NCBI GenBank assembly: GCA_947463915.1
Contig: CANHVO010000004.1
Span: 2,022 to 66,021 of the forward strand
Source of the DNA: Planctomycetaceae bacterium
GTDB lineage: Bacteria; Planctomycetota; Planctomycetia; Pirellulales; Pirellulaceae
Length of the DNA: 64,000 nt
Direction of reading: 5' to 3'
Shown: in pieces, positions 20,331 through 29,433 of the stretch
How the letters are laid out: each line of letters begins with the position of its first letter
How positions within the stretch are numbered: position 1 is the first letter of the stretch
Program-made: the position numbers and the translations under genes
The notes under the pieces: generated by a model
Told to the model about the DNA's origin: nothing
Databases searched by the model: none
What the model saw: the letters and a program-made list of their open reading frames with translations, nothing else

Positions 20331-22157
20331 TCACTCCTCGTCGCTCGTTCTCGAGCCACCGAATGCGAAGTCGAATTCGCTTAATGCTGGGATCATCATG
20401 GCAGCGGTCGCAAAGGCATAAGACAATGATACCACACTAAACACCGCGAGTTCTTGATCACGCAAAATGAAACTAGTAATTGCAAAGTACGTTAGAAACG
20501 GAAGCATAAACGAACTGATGGTAATCGCCGGCGACGGATTGCGGCTTCCGAGAGCCAAGTAAAGTCCGATGCCACCGCCCAAAATGATAATCAGGAAGGG
20601 AGGCAGTTGCCGGCCAAACGAGCCTCGAAACATCAGCATGATCAACATGCAAGTCGCTACACCCAGGAACAAAAAGAATACCGTCCCGAGACTAGTCCCA
20701 ATGGCAGCACGACTTTGGGCATAAATCATCCCGCAGTGGATCCCCAGCATTGCAACGAAAAGATCCATGACGATCAGCGTAATGACCGTGAAGATCAGGT
20801 TCTCCGTAGTCAAGGCGGACTGGGCCCATAAGTACACACACAGAAGCAACGGCATAATCACCATCTCTTTTGTGACGTACAATACGCCGCAAATCTTTCC
20901 AAACAAAAACTCGCGAGGCGATATTTCGGTGACAAGCAAAAGGTCCAATGCTCCACCGTCACGCTCGTTGGTAATTGAGTTGACAGCTAACGCATTGATG
21001 ACGATTAGCGATAACACAAAGAACGGCGCTAGCAACGAGACCGTTGTGGGGACCAGCTCTTCTTGAAAAGTGGACTCTTGGGTTGCCAAGCCATTCAAAA
21101 CGAATTGGCGAACTCCAAACGCAACCATCAATCCAAAAGCGAGATAAGCAACTCGAATGAGAAGCACTTTCCGGCCGTATGCCCAAGTCCTCATTTCTCT
21201 CCAAAGAACAGGATTGTTCCAAACGCGGCGCGGCGCACGGACCTTCCATGCCTTTACTTGCCTTGGCTGATTGGCATTGTCTGGCAAACTCGATGCGGGC
21301 AAGTTCGACTTGACCGTATCGACCTCGGGCTCCTCCGACTCTGCATTCCCGCCTCGGCGCTCGCGAGATGGGTTCCATACTCGCAGCATTCGAATCGAAA
21401 GCAGGGTTAGTCCCAAGGCTATGGCTAGGAATACCAGGCCCGACAAGAACGCATTTCCACCTGGAACCCAAAATGGCAGGACGTTCTCCGAAGCAATCGG
21501 CTGAGTGACATCGACAATAGCACGCAGTGGGCTGACGAGCTTTGCTACCGAGGACGATACGAAGCTTACTTTGCCAGTCGCGATCACTTCGCAGACCGCC
21601 AACCACAGAGCAATGATCAACATGGTAACTGTAATGGATTGAAACGTCTTCTCTCGCCAAAAAGCAATCGTCGCCCCTAGCGTAGCGCTTGCAATCAGAG
21701 CGCAGAAGGTTACCCACGAGCAAGCAAAAACCTGCTCAATCGAAACGCCACCTAACAGAACCACAGAAAAAACGATTGGGAGGGAGGCGAGGAAGGCGTT
21801 CATGGAAGCTAGCAACCCAGCTCCTATTTTCCCCAAAACCATCTCAACATTCGACAATGACGTCATAAGCAAGAGAATCAATGTTTGCTTGTCTTTTTCG
21901 TGGCTAACCGCAATCGTGCCAGCTAAAGCCGCCATAAAGAGCAAAACAATCAGCTGAAACGGTGCGATCAACTGGAAGATAAGCACACCGAACCGAGCCA
22001 AGTCACCCGGATTCTGGACTGGCTGAATACCTGCCAATAACAACCAAGTCGTGCAAATAATCGCAAAAAGCATCAATGCGAATACGACGCGATTAACAAA
22101 ATGCCTACCTCGTCGAGGTAAGGTCGCAATTTCACGTTGGAAGATGGGGCCTATCAT
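20331..22157 (-). CDS. ABC transporter permease with two ABC-2-like halves
   Basis: GPIFQRE start; repeated motifs VSHEKDKQTLILLLMT and ITNERDGGALDLLLVT; about 12 TM segments. Confidence 0.82.
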   Translation of the reverse strand: MIGPIFQREIATLPRRGRHFVNRVVFALMLFAIICTTWLLLAGIQPVQNPGDLARFGVLIFQLIAPFQLIVLLFMAALAGTIAVSHEKDKQTLILLLMTSLSNVEMVLGKIGAGLLASMNAFLASLPIVFSVVLLGGVSIEQVFACSWVTFCALIASATLGATIAFWREKTFQSITVTMLIIALWLAVCEVIATGKVSFVSSSVAKLVSPLRAIVDVTQPIASENVLPFWVPGGNAFLSGLVFLAIALGLTLLSIRMLRVWNPSRERRGGNAESEEPEVDTVKSNLPASSLPDNANQPRQVKAWKVRAPRRVWNNPVLWREMRTWAYGRKVLLIRVAYLAFGLMVAFGVRQFVLNGLATQESTFQEELVPTTVSLLAPFFVLSLIVINALAVNSITNERDGGALDLLLVTEISPREFLFGKICGVLYVTKEMVIMPLLLCVYLWAQSALTTENLIFTVITLIVMDLFVAMLGIHCGMIYAQSRAAIGTSLGTVFFLFLGVATCMLIMLMFRGSFGRQLPPFLIIILGGGIGLYLALGSRNPSPAITISSFMLPFLTYFAITSFILRDQELAVFSVVSLSYAFATAAMMIPALSEFDFAFGGSRTSDEE

Positions 22158-22388
22158 GGTACCGAGTTTAATGTGAAATGCATGTGCTGACCATTACACC
22201 AATCGGACTTAAGGGAAAATCGCAAAACGGAATGGAAAGTTGGAGGGGCATTCTGGATTTCTTGCAGACAAGTCAGCGTACGTGCCGAGAAGCATGAAAG
22301 TTGTAATTATTTTGCCGAATGGGCCGATAAATGCGGACAAACACGGCCAACCAGTGCGACAGTGGCAGCGAATCGCTGAGGACACAAA

Positions 22389-23234
22389 ATGAGTTACCTG
22401 CGACATTGGAAATTGTCTCGTTCCCCGTTTGCATTGGGTCCCTCCAGTCGCGGCGTGTTTTGTGGTGGGACAATCGAGGAAGCGTTCGCACGGAGCGAGT
22501 TTCTTGTTTCCCAAGAAAAGCGACTGGCAATCGTTTTGGGGCCCGCTGGGGTGGGGAAAACGACGTTTCTGAGGCATTTTGTTCGCTTGCGAAATGCTCA
22601 ATACGCGCGAGAGAACCTCGCCATGATCGACCTCCGCTCGGCCGATGCGGACATCGTTCCCCTAAGGATTTTGCAAGGTATTGCGCCACATCAAGAACCG
22701 CCGCACTCTTCGAGAGAATGTTGGACTCAGATTAGCGACGAGTTGTTTTCGGAATCAGCAATTGGCCATCGCACGGTTTTAATCCTGGACAATCTGCATG
22801 AGGTCTCGGATGATTTTTACCAGGCAATTTCACACTTGTGGAGCACTCCTATCCGCTGGAGCATGTTTCTGTCGCTCGACGACGATTCTATTGTCAATAT
22901 TCCCAGATGGATCTTGGACCAATGCGAACTCAAAATTCAATTGCCGCGTTGGGATCTCGGACAAACAGCGGACTACTTTGATTTTGCAATTCAAGGGGTG
23001 GGAGGCGATGATTCCATATTCAACGGTCAAGCGATCACTCGGATTCAGGAACTTAGTGACGGAATCCCACGAAAAATTGTTCAAATCGCTGAATTGGCCT
23101 TGGTTGCAGGGGCGGTTCGAAAGGCAGAAAAAGTCACGGCAGAGCTGGTTGACCAAGTTTGCGACGAGTTTACTGTCACCGTTGGAACGAAATTCTCCCC
23201 AATCTGGGAAGATCAGAGATTGAATGCTGGATAA
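22389..23234 (+). CDS. ExeA/GspA-like AAA ATPase
   Basis: YLRHWKLSRSPF N-terminus, Walker A GPAGVGKT, Walker B LILDN, GIPRKI motif. Confidence 0.8.
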   Translation: MSYLRHWKLSRSPFALGPSSRGVFCGGTIEEAFARSEFLVSQEKRLAIVLGPAGVGKTTFLRHFVRLRNAQYARENLAMIDLRSADADIVPLRILQGIAPHQEPPHSSRECWTQISDELFSESAIGHRTVLILDNLHEVSDDFYQAISHLWSTPIRWSMFLSLDDDSIVNIPRWILDQCELKIQLPRWDLGQTADYFDFAIQGVGGDDSIFNGQAITRIQELSDGIPRKIVQIAELALVAGAVRKAEKVTAELVDQVCDEFTVTVGTKFSPIWEDQRLNAG

Positions 23235-23448
23235 TTCGAGCAAGAATTGAATTGGTGCTAGTTGCTGTCAATGGAGTCACAAACCGCTCAATGAGCCAGT
23301 TTGGGAATTCCATTCAACGAAAACTTTGGACTGATCAAAAACGTCTCCCAAGTGAACTTTCCTAAATGGAAAGTTGTCGGTATTGTCTTGTGAGATTACT
23401 TGAACGGTAAACTGCGTTCGAGAACAACGAATAAGGCGTCCGCCAACC

Positions 23449-23868
23449 ATGCCAACCAAAACAACGCAAATCTTCTCGATTGAACAAGCGAGGGCAATGC
23501 TCCCGCTCCTTCGGCTTATCGTGACAGATATTTCGTTGGCCCATCGTGAGTTAACCGAACGAAAATCGAATCTTCGCCGGATGTTGCGGCGCAACGAGGG
23601 AAAAGCACGGTTTCAAATCTACGATGCCGAGATAACGGAGATTCAAGAAGACCTCAAAAACGAGTCGGCTCATCTTGAGGAATACGTTAGTGAGCTGGAA
23701 CAGCTTGGAGTCATTTTGCGTTCCGCTCACGACGGCATCGTTGATTTCCCAACGGTCGTTGACGATGAGCCTGCCTACTACACTTGGCAAATGGAACAAC
23801 AAGACATCGTTGACTTTCATCGAGCTGATGAATCTACCGCAGATCGCAAGCCGATCTTTGAGTCGTAG
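23449..23868 (+). CDS. DUF2203 family protein
   Basis: FSIEQARAMLP, coiled coil, GIVDFP...YYTW...FH pattern. Confidence 0.8.
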   Translation: MPTKTTQIFSIEQARAMLPLLRLIVTDISLAHRELTERKSNLRRMLRRNEGKARFQIYDAEITEIQEDLKNESAHLEEYVSELEQLGVILRSAHDGIVDFPTVVDDEPAYYTWQMEQQDIVDFHRADESTADRKPIFES

Positions 23869-23934
23869 TTGCTCCCTGTTTCTTATTCATGCGGTTGAAA
23901 CCCCTTCGTTCCAAGGCTTTGCTTGAGGCACTGT

Positions 23935-24003
23935 GTAGCGAAACTCGTCAAGAGTTTCGGTCGTTTAGGCGAAGCAGCCGAAAGTCTTGACGGCTTTCGC
24001 TAC
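23935..24003. repeat. Family A REPIN, 69 bp
   Basis: GTAGCGAAACTCGTCAAGAGTTTCG...CGAAAGTCTTGACGGCTTTCGCTAC. Confidence 0.9.
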
Positions 24004-24100
24004 AAAAGCCTGTTTTAAAAGCGAAAAAGCTTCAAGGCGTTGGACTGAGCCAGGGGACAAGTGCTAATCAACAATCCAATTCAATACCTTGCGCTTCGTG

Positions 24101-24583
24101 CTATTGGTCGATTGGCTCGTTGTTGTTGTTTCCGACCGTACCAGCGGCAACCAGGTAGGCTTTGTTCTCATGGTCAAGTGTCATGGATGACAACATGTCA
24201 GTGTTTGCCAGAAACATGGGCTTCAACCATGAGTTGTCGGAATACTTGCATCGAATCTCTACCGTGACAGTCGAGGTGGACGTAGTAAAAGTAGTCGGAG
24301 TCACGGTGATGGTCGCATTGCGAACTCCTGTCGCATTCAAGATCTGATTCGCTTTGGCTGTTACTTCGGCCACGGTCTTGCCTGGAACGATCCCTACTCG
24401 GGCTGACTCATAGGCCGCTTGCTCGACGGAGTGACGCGCGTACATGAAGCGAGCGAACTCGAAGCCAGCCAGAAGAATCGTAAAAAACACTCCGCTGCAA
24501 ATGGCGAAATCAATAGTGAATGCTCCCAAACGGCGTACGCATTTCGGCGAAACTCTACGTCCTGTGGTTTCTCTTGAATTCAT
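24101..24583 (-). CDS. TadE-like minor pilin
   Basis: RRLG|AFTIDF class III signal-like N-terminus (Asp at +5); AAYESARVG motif. Confidence 0.82.
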   Translation of the reverse strand: MNSRETTGRRVSPKCVRRLGAFTIDFAICSGVFFTILLAGFEFARFMYARHSVEQAAYESARVGIVPGKTVAEVTAKANQILNATGVRNATITVTPTTFTTSTSTVTVEIRCKYSDNSWLKPMFLANTDMLSSMTLDHENKAYLVAAGTVGNNNNEPIDQ

Positions 24584-24586
24584 GAT

Positions 24587-25789
24587 TTACTCGGTCAACA
24601 TGTTGGGTAGCGTGGCAGCGATAGTACGAAAGGCCGCTTCCAAGGATGCAGCATCGGGGGCGACATAGCATTGGCCACCGCCAGCTTGTGCGACGCGTTG
24701 CATCAATGCGACATCCGCTTGCGCACTAAATGCGATGGTATGGGTTCGAATATTCATTTCACGGGCCGTTGTGGCCAACACAACTGGATCGTCGCCTTGG
24801 GATAGAATTCCGTCTGTGAGCAAAATAATGCTCTTGCAGGAAGTGATCCGAGTTCGAGTCGGATCCGTCAAAGCGTTTACTCCCTCGCGAAGACCGGCTG
24901 CGATGTTGGTGTTTCCGATGAGAGGTTGCGTTGCAAGCGTGTTCAGCTTTTGTTTGAGCGTGGTGTAGTCGGTTGTCAGTGGTTGATCGATGGAGGCAAC
25001 AACGGATGTCCAAATCCCAAAGGTAAAGTTGCTCGAATAGGAGGCCAAGGCAACTCGGGACTTGATGGGAGCCTCGTTGAGAACGTTGGCAAAGATATTG
25101 ACCGATGAAGTCAGCGCAGCCCAGCGACTCGATGTAGCGTGGGGCAACTGAAAATAGTTTTGAATGGGAGACTTGCCTGCCAAATCACCTGGATAAGAAA
25201 AAGGCGTCGAGCCTAGTGTCCAAGCCATTGAGCCAGAGCGATCGACCACCAAGCATACGTCCATGTCGATTCGAGTTGAAACGGCGGACTGTTCGGAAGT
25301 GAAGGTCGAGACACCCATCAACTGCGGAATCAAGATGGTTGGGATCCCGCCACCAGCCATTTTGCTCAAGTTCGAATTGATACGAACGGAATTCGTAACG
25401 ACACTCGAAGCCGACGCCGTCTGAGAAAACGAATAGGAACCATTTGCGTTCCCGATCGAAGCCCCGATCTGAATGTCGCTGTCGTCCAAGACAACAACTC
25501 GACCGGCGACGCGATGCAAAGCCGCAATCGACTTAGCCGCTTGCCTGGCCTGATCCTGCGATTGTGTTTGGCCAAGTACGACGAGTGCTGCCTTGGCGGC
25601 TGCATCGGTCGCAAGCCTTTGTTCCGAACGCACGAGCTCCATGTACGCAATATTGATACTGAGCCCAGCCAACGCAACCAAAGCGAAAAAGGCCGCTCCT
25701 GAAAGGACCAGAATGGAGCCTCGGCGCTTCCGAGACCTTCTTGTGCGTTGGGATCGGTGAAGCGTAGGACAGGGAATCGGTTTGTTCAT
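24587..25789 (-). CDS. TadG-like pseudopilin with vWA domain
   Basis: RRG|SILVL, AATDAAAKAA-like motif (RLATDAAAKAA), MIDAS DRSGSM, TNIAAG, LLTDG. Confidence 0.88.
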   Translation of the reverse strand: MNKPIPCPTLHRSQRTRRSRKRRGSILVLSGAAFFALVALAGLSINIAYMELVRSEQRLATDAAAKAALVVLGQTQSQDQARQAAKSIAALHRVAGRVVVLDDSDIQIGASIGNANGSYSFSQTASASSVVTNSVRINSNLSKMAGGGIPTILIPQLMGVSTFTSEQSAVSTRIDMDVCLVVDRSGSMAWTLGSTPFSYPGDLAGKSPIQNYFQLPHATSSRWAALTSSVNIFANVLNEAPIKSRVALASYSSNFTFGIWTSVVASIDQPLTTDYTTLKQKLNTLATQPLIGNTNIAAGLREGVNALTDPTRTRITSCKSIILLTDGILSQGDDPVVLATTAREMNIRTHTIAFSAQADVALMQRVAQAGGGQCYVAPDAASLEAAFRTIAATLPNMLTE

Positions 25790-25800
25790 TTTGTAACCTT

Positions 25801-26223
25801 CTATTCACGAAGCATGTATGCGTCGACAGAAATGGTTCCTTGATCTTGCAGGACGAATCGTGTGGGAGAATTAGAAGCCCAGGGGACTTCAATTCGAACC
25901 CGAATCTGCGTTCCGGATGGTTGAGACAGCAAGTCCGCAGGCGTTACCGTGACGACGGCTCCCTTGACATTGCGTTGAGTCAACATCGCTTGGCAGCGTG
26001 TCGTAACATCCATACTGCTGCAGGTACTTCGTACCGCTGATCTTGCTCCTTCGTAGGCAACGAGGACCGCAGATTGACGGAGGAATATCCTTTGACAGAC
26101 TTCAATCGTTCCCAAAATGAGGATCAGCATCACTGGCAATACAAATGCCAACTCAATCGAAGCCAAACCGTCACGTCGGTTCGATTGTCTGTTACTCTTT
26201 TGATTTTTTGGTGAAGCGGTCAT
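25801..26223 (-). CDS. TadE-like minor pilin
   Basis: RRDG|LASIE (Glu at +5), LVAYEGAR motif. Confidence 0.88.
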   Translation of the reverse strand: MTASPKNQKSNRQSNRRDGLASIELAFVLPVMLILILGTIEVCQRIFLRQSAVLVAYEGARSAVRSTCSSMDVTTRCQAMLTQRNVKGAVVTVTPADLLSQPSGTQIRVRIEVPWASNSPTRFVLQDQGTISVDAYMLRE

Positions 26224-26264
26224 GGTTGGGGTTTTCTAAACGCAATTACGACTATCAACTTAAA

Positions 26265-27047
26265 TCACTGTGGCAGACTCGACGGGTCATCCGTCAGTGA
26301 GTTTGCATTCACCATACCGATATCCACCACGAACAGAGCATCGTTGTAGTCCAAGTCACCACCACCGACGATGTCTTCGAATCCGATCAATAGGTACGGT
26401 GAGTCGGGCATCGCAAACGCGACAACGTGTTGTAGCCGATCGCTGTTCTTCGACGAATCATTCCATAGCCAAGCAAGGTTTGTGTTGGTTTGCCCGGAAT
26501 CTCGCCACTTGTTGAATGCGTCCGATATAAGAAAGAAGTCCAACTGCCAGCCGTTACCACCCTTGCCCAGGTCCACAAAGTCGCCGGCGCGAAGAGGATC
26601 ATTCACTGTACGACTTCCACTTCCGATAGAGGCATTAGGGAAAATGACTTTGGGCGAGCCAGGCGTGGCACTACCCGCTGGTGTAAACGCAAATCCTAAT
26701 GTGTTCCGATAGCCTGCACCTTCGGCCAGGAAGTAAACGCGAATCGTCTCAACAGCTTCCTGACGCAAGAAGAGTTTGGCCGAGTCGAGCTTGAATCCCG
26801 TAGCGTTCGTGAAGACGACACTCTCTTGCAGGTTGTTGTTGATAATGGTTTGGAATTTTGGAAGCCACTGGCTATTGAAAGCCGCTGCTCGGGAGTCCGA
26901 ACCTGTTACTTCGACGTTGCCGATGACCGGTAAATTGAGCGGGACCGGTGTTGCCTGTGGGCTGGCTGGAGTACCTGCAAGGGCAATCCCGCTTGAAACC
27001 CAAAGCAAAAGCCCAAAGGCGGACAAGTTGTGTTTCGAAAGTCCCAT
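26265..27047 (-). CDS. Secreted DUF4114-domain protein
   Basis: VYFLAEGAGYRNTLGF and LIGFEDIVGGGDLDYNDALFVVD motifs; signal peptide from ATG 27047 with GAGGTG SD. The ORF track starts at 27179. Confidence 0.78.
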   Translation of the reverse strand: MGLSKHNLSAFGLLLWVSSGIALAGTPASPQATPVPLNLPVIGNVEVTGSDSRAAAFNSQWLPKFQTIINNNLQESVVFTNATGFKLDSAKLFLRQEAVETIRVYFLAEGAGYRNTLGFAFTPAGSATPGSPKVIFPNASIGSGSRTVNDPLRAGDFVDLGKGGNGWQLDFFLISDAFNKWRDSGQTNTNLAWLWNDSSKNSDRLQHVVAFAMPDSPYLLIGFEDIVGGGDLDYNDALFVVDIGMVNANSLTDDPSSLPQ

Positions 27048-27277
27048 CAATGCACCTCGTGAAGCAAGCTTAAAGTCGATAACATGAGAAGCCCCATGCC
27101 AGTTCCTTTCTGAACGGTAGCTTTGTTTCTTTCCGAAAAGTGCGACAGCTTCGAACCTTTTCGCGAATCCCATGCACAAAAGGTGAGGAAGGTAATGATT
27201 AATCTGTGGTTACCCGCTGCGAATATCTTTCGCAAACCGCAAAATCGTTAAGCTTCGATTCAAGTAATTCAAGTAAA

Positions 27278-27330
27278 GGTCACGCTCGGCAAGAGTGACC
27301 CAACGCATCGCACTCCTGCCGAGTGTGCCC
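27278..27330. repeat. Family E REP doublet
   Basis: ggtcacgctcggcaagagtgacc ... gcactcctgccgagtgtgcc. Confidence 0.7.
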
Positions 27331-27581
27331 TTGAAGTGCAAATACCAAGGTTGGGTTCTGAATTAATTCACATCAAAAGTTCTGCTCGTCACAGGAAGCA
27401 AGCCCTGCGGGAGGTACGCAATCACCGACCTCAAAATCGTCACAACCGTTTCTTTTTGTGTTAACGGGAGCATATATCCCAAAGCCAGCCCTATCTTCAA
27501 TGACAGGTGCAAAACGGCGCACTAACTTTTTAAGGCCATTTTACTTTTGATACATCATTGATTCTGAGTTTTGAGCTGGGA

Positions 27582-29414
27582 ATGACTGTCCGACAATTAA
27601 AGCCAACCGACATCAGCTTCACCAAAGTGGCTGATTGTTTCGTTGCCGAGTTGCGGAATGGCAATTCCCCCTCCATTGAGTCCTTTGCTACAGCCTTCCC
27701 ACACTTAAAAAACGACATTCGGGCAAATTTTCCCGCGTTGCTCATGCTCGAAAAAAATGTCTCGAAGAAAGGCGACCGTCCGGATACGCTCGTCGAGAAA
27801 GTCCTAGGCAATTGCCTTGTCCAAGAAGAGATTGGACGAGGTGCCATGGGGATCGTCTATCGAGGATACCAACAGGAATTGGATCGCGTGGTAGCGATCA
27901 AGACAATTCCTTTGGATGAAATGGCAAGCTTCGGTGTGGTTCAGCGTTTCGAACTTGAGCGACGCGCTATGGCGAAATTGGATCACACCAATATCGTTCC
28001 TGTCTACGAGTATGGTTACAACGAAGATCACGCGTATCTCGTGATGAAGTACATCGACGGTCATAGTCTGGACAAAATCTTATGCCCAGAAGCACAATAC
28101 CGTCTCAAAGTACTACTGGCTGAACTGCAAACCGACTGGAAGTCCTTTGCCGAATTAGGGATGCAAGTCGCATCGGGCTTGCAACATGCTCACGAACAAG
28201 GCTTGGTTCACCGAGATATCAAGCCTGCCAATCTTTTGTTCGACAACGCTCGAAAAATATGGATTACTGACTTCGGTCTTGCAAAAGCGTTTGATCACAA
28301 TCGTTCTCTGAGTCGCACAGGTGACGCGATCGGCACGCCTCGGTACATGGCCCCTGAGCAGCTTCGCGGGCATTGCGATTGCAGAAGCGACGTTTACTCA
28401 CTGGGGATCACGCTTTATGAGCTCGCAACGGGTAGTCGAGCTTGGCGGGACAGTTCGCTGGAAGCGCTAACAATACACCGAGAAAAGCTCAAGCTGAATA
28501 GCATCCTCGACGAAAACCCGGACATACCAGATGGGCTCGCCAAGATCATTATGAAGGCATGCGCGTTTGCGCCCGAGGACCGTTACCAGACAGCGAAGGA
28601 ACTGCAGTATGTCCTCGAGCGATTCGCTTCAGGAATCGCGCCAAGTGACCGAAGACGAAAACGACGTGAACCCGATGATATCTACCGCAGGCGTAGCAAA
28701 CGGACGGCTACAATGCTTGTCGCGTCTGCCATCGGGATTCTCATGTTTAGCGTGGTTTTTTCAATCGCTTTCAGGCGCCAGTCTGGCGATTCTCAAGCAC
28801 AAGCACAGACGCCCAAGATCCTCCCTAGCGGCGAGAATTTCATTGAAGCTCTTGGAGATCCGAAATCTGGAGACCTTGGACTCGCCTTGACCAAACTGGT
28901 CAAGGATTCCATTGAAAATTCGAGCAGTCAGTTTCGTCTTGAGGACGGTGACAAAAACCAGATTCTAAACAGCACCGAGGAACTGCTGTCGCGCATCAAG
29001 AATCGAGACCTCAGCGGAAAATCCTTCAATTCCTTTTTGGAAGGATACCGGGAATCTTCGCTGCCAGCCGGCACCCAGATTATGAGCTTGGTTCGATTCG
29101 TCGAACGTTCTAAATTCAAGCCTCGTGAAGTTGAAATGGCTTACGATACGCTTCGTGGATTCGCAAAGCTGGTTGTGAATAGAGAGATACCGGAGCAAGA
29201 AGCGTACTCCATGATAGCCATCCTAACTGGCGGCAAAGTGCTCTCGGCGGCTGAGTTGGCTCAATACAACGTTTCCGACGAAAAGCTATTTCAATGGCTC
29301 ATGATGGTTCGAAACCGAATCTCTCGTGCTCCGGCACAGGCTCTACAAGGAAAAATGAACATCGCAACAGAGATCGAACGCGCGCTGCGAAACCCACCCA
29401 AAGGCGATCGATAA
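27582..29414 (+). CDS. Membrane Ser/Thr protein kinase, co-transcribed with an ECF sigma factor
   Basis: IGRGAMGIVY, VAIK, HRDIKPAN, DFG, GTPRYMAPE; TM MLVASAIGILMFSVVFSIAF. Alternative TTG start at 27558. Confidence 0.93.
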   Translation: MTVRQLKPTDISFTKVADCFVAELRNGNSPSIESFATAFPHLKNDIRANFPALLMLEKNVSKKGDRPDTLVEKVLGNCLVQEEIGRGAMGIVYRGYQQELDRVVAIKTIPLDEMASFGVVQRFELERRAMAKLDHTNIVPVYEYGYNEDHAYLVMKYIDGHSLDKILCPEAQYRLKVLLAELQTDWKSFAELGMQVASGLQHAHEQGLVHRDIKPANLLFDNARKIWITDFGLAKAFDHNRSLSRTGDAIGTPRYMAPEQLRGHCDCRSDVYSLGITLYELATGSRAWRDSSLEALTIHREKLKLNSILDENPDIPDGLAKIIMKACAFAPEDRYQTAKELQYVLERFASGIAPSDRRRKRREPDDIYRRRSKRTATMLVASAIGILMFSVVFSIAFRRQSGDSQAQAQTPKILPSGENFIEALGDPKSGDLGLALTKLVKDSIENSSSQFRLEDGDKNQILNSTEELLSRIKNRDLSGKSFNSFLEGYRESSLPAGTQIMSLVRFVERSKFKPREVEMAYDTLRGFAKLVVNREIPEQEAYSMIAILTGGKVLSAAELAQYNVSDEKLFQWLMMVRNRISRAPAQALQGKMNIATEIERALRNPPKGDR

Positions 29415-29433
29415 TCCCTTCGAAGGCACTACT

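Noticed and set aside
27085-27102. Canonical sigma54 promoter at TGGCATG
   Set aside because: The -24-like box is present, but the conserved GC at -12 is absent at both this site and 46730-46747; kept only as a shared motif.
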